A stretch of DNA of 64,000 bases from Lepidodermella squamata. Its lineage: Eukaryota; Animalia; Gastrotricha. Positions 61,575-64,000 of the stretch are shown here, one piece after another. Within the stretch, counting starts at the first letter, position 1. Every line of letters starts with the position of its first letter. The DNA lies in NCBI GenBank assembly GCA_047495785.1, contig JBLDXI010000013.1:1488001-1552000 (forward strand), read 5' to 3'. Position numbers and translations under genes: made by a program. The notes beneath the pieces were generated by a model. The model was not told the DNA's origin, ran no database searches, and was given only the letters and a program-made list of their open reading frames with translations.

Positions 61575-62250
61575 ATTTACTGTCTTCGTAGATAAGGTTG
61601 TAGCCAAGATCTAGTAAACTGACCGGTTGTTTATCAATTCTAGTCGTCTTTAAAAGGCCATTTGGAAGAGATGAAACAGAGTCGATAGCTACGGCTCTTT
61701 TTGAATAATTATGCACTAATTAGGCGTCATTAAATCTGCTTGCTATAGATCCCACATTCAACAAACAGGTAGAATAGTCAGCAAAAATTGATGAAACGTG
61801 CGGTCAACAAAAGTGGTTGGTGTTACTAACACGAATCTTGTGCGGCCAAAGTACCGGCAATGTGCCGGCAATGAGAGCCGTGAAATACTACCAAAATCCA
61901 GCGTTCAAAATAGCCGGAGAGGTTGGCGACAGCTCTACAAGACTACCCTAGCAGTACCTAATAAAGCATTATCATGTGGTAATATGGAAAATGCCAGACC
62001 ATGTTCATTTCAGATTTCGTTGGGGCTGCTTTGATCACTGTCAAGTTGAATTGTTGTGCAAATTTAAAATAACAGCGAGGTTCTTTGAATTTAAAATACC
62101 TCGGATATCGGATAAAGCCAACCATTGGTGGAATATTTCGATATAATAAGGCAAAGCTCTCTATTAATGGTGAAAAAGGCGGAATGATGGTTTGTGTGAA
62201 AACCAAAGTTTACCGGCATAGCAGTGCCGACTGTTATCGATTCTCCAATA
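61575..62250 (-). pseudogene. Scrambled relic of duplicated SGNH and basigin-like gene fragments
   Basis: 61575-61700 matches ~56710-56860; 61704-61890 matches 58225-58450; 62000-62107 matches 60868-60962; 62198-62249 matches 57590-57643. Confidence 0.8.
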
Positions 62251-62710
62251 CAGGGTGTTCATATGTAGCGCGCACATAAACCTGCGGCAAATGTTAAGGC
62301 ATTATATGGTTTATGCGCTATTGAATTGCGTATTGAAGGCATACCTATGAAATGTGCTATAAGCGATATGTTTGATATGTTCATAACCGCACGTAACACA
62401 ACAACAAAACTTCCGGAGTAGGTATACGCCCCAGAAATGTGAATATCACTAAGACTCTGATGTTAGCTCTGATTTATTTCTTGCATTCAGGTAACCTCAA
62501 ATAAAGGTGAAAAAATAAAAAGATCCTGTTCGCTGATCAAAAATAGACTAAATAAATTGATATAAATTGATTGTTTCATTCGTATTTTACTTTGAGAGCC
62601 GCTTATGAATTAATTCGACACCTTTGTGAAAAAAATGAGGTAAATACACCGATTCAGCTTTATTTCAAAATTATTGTCATTTCTCTCCATCCTTCCTGTT
62701 TTTTACTTCA

Positions 62711-64000
62711 TTAGAATAGGAATTCGCGCTCGCCGAATGAGTCCGGACCTCCACGACGAATTGCCAATTTGCGCAGCTGGTCAACTACCATAAGGAAGAA
62801 AGCGAATGGCATCGCAGGTAGCCACCAAAAACCGGAAATTGGAGCCATAAAAAATCTTGTTTGAAAGTATAGGTCTTTATGAATATTTGCCCTCGAGATA
62901 AAGGTACTTACGCATCATTGATTCCAGGACAGTAACAGAGTAAAACTGCGATTGCGGTTTCGAAAAACATTCCGAAGAAAAGGTAATGGTTTCTCCCTTA
63001 AAACAAGATGAAAGTAATGCAAATTGAAGTTGGCAAACATTCTTACAGCCTTGATGGAACATTGACGATCTTCGTGTCTTGCACATTACGACACAAATCC
63101 ACTGCATTTCGACAATAGCGAGAAAGTATACTGAGTAGAGAGTTCTTTCAAGATGCTTTCGCTGCGAATAACTCCACTCTTGGCCGTAACTGTCCTCCAA
63201 ATCGTTTAGGCCTTTTGCCAATTAAAATCAGTAGAAAAAAGTTAGGATTGCCGTGAACATAGCTTACCTGGGCAATCCCAGCGGTCGGAAAGAGAGAATA
63301 TGTCCGAAAGTCTGAAACCATTTTCCGTCAAGCAGACAATGTAAGCCATAAAAGCTGCTGCTGCCTCAATCACTCCATTCTGCCCTAATAATGAAAACGG
63401 CAAACAGAAATGGGAATTGGAAAATTCATGTTGGAACCCACCGTAAGCTACTGACATCATTCGTCCTGTAATCATGGTATCTTTTTTGGGGTTCCGAGGC
63501 TTCCTATGCATTATATCTGATTCCGCGTGTTCGTAAGCCAACATAACCGCTTTGAAATTTTGAATTAGGACAGACTATATAGGAAATTTATAAAGCTAAA
63601 ACCTGGCGCCATGTCTGTGACCAAGCATATCACCAGCATAGCAATAGTGCCCATCGGTAGAGGAATTTCAAGAACAACGTAGGAGAGAGCAGCGGCAATT
63701 TGCGGAATATTCGCAACCAAAATGTAGCAAACCGTTTTTTTGAGGTTATCAAACAACAACCGACCCTCTTCGATAGCGAATACAATCGTTGCAAAGTTGT
63801 CGTCCAGCAAAATCATATCAGCAGCTTGCTTCGAGACATCTGACCCGGTGATACCCATAGCGATGCCTATATCGGCCTGTTTTAGAGCCGGCGAGTCATT
63901 CACCCCATCTCCAGTAACCGCCACGACGTTTCCGCTACGCTGGAAACCCTCTACGATTAGAAGCTTTTGCTGCGGAGAAGTGCGAGCAAAAACGATTTCC
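62711..64000 (-). CDS. P2C-type (Na,K/H,K-ATPase alpha-like) ATPase, 3' part only, with non-canonical ion-binding residues
   Basis: [103 protein letters not shown]. Last exon ends ...GEREFLF* at 62711. The 5' part lies outside the window. Confidence 0.93.

Overview
Eukaryotic (invertebrate animal) genomic DNA from a compact, gene-dense genome with mostly 45-60 bp GT-AG introns; not prokaryotic. About 18 protein genes were reconstructed by splicing by eye: PDE1; a ~2,300-aa DCX2-PLAT2-beta-trefoil2-(annexin core)x3 fusion protein; a motif-divergent NAD kinase; a GT31 glycosyltransferase; an orphan single-pass membrane protein; two tandem secreted Kunitz-like proteins; a ~1,640-aa secreted Sushi-trypsin-Sushi-ankyrin mosaic with an intronic antisense tRNA-Leu(TAA); an ANKRD33B-like protein; a galaxin-like protein; an intronless PQQ/BamB-type beta-propeller (HGT candidate); a DEG/ENaC channel; a TPR-like orphan; an F-box/LRR protein; an SGNH hydrolase; a basigin/neuroplastin-like protein; and the 3' part of a Na,K-ATPase-alpha-like P2C ATPase lacking several canonical ion ligands. 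There are two clear non-autonomous DNA transposons (a foldback/Mutator-like element with a 9-bp TSD and a CCC...GGG CMC-like element) and relics of an old local duplication of the ATPase/SGNH/basigin block. The most unusual items are the secreted protease-ankyrin protein, the RP1-like triple-annexin fusion and the non-canonical P2C pump. All family calls rest on motif recognition by eye; no searches were run.
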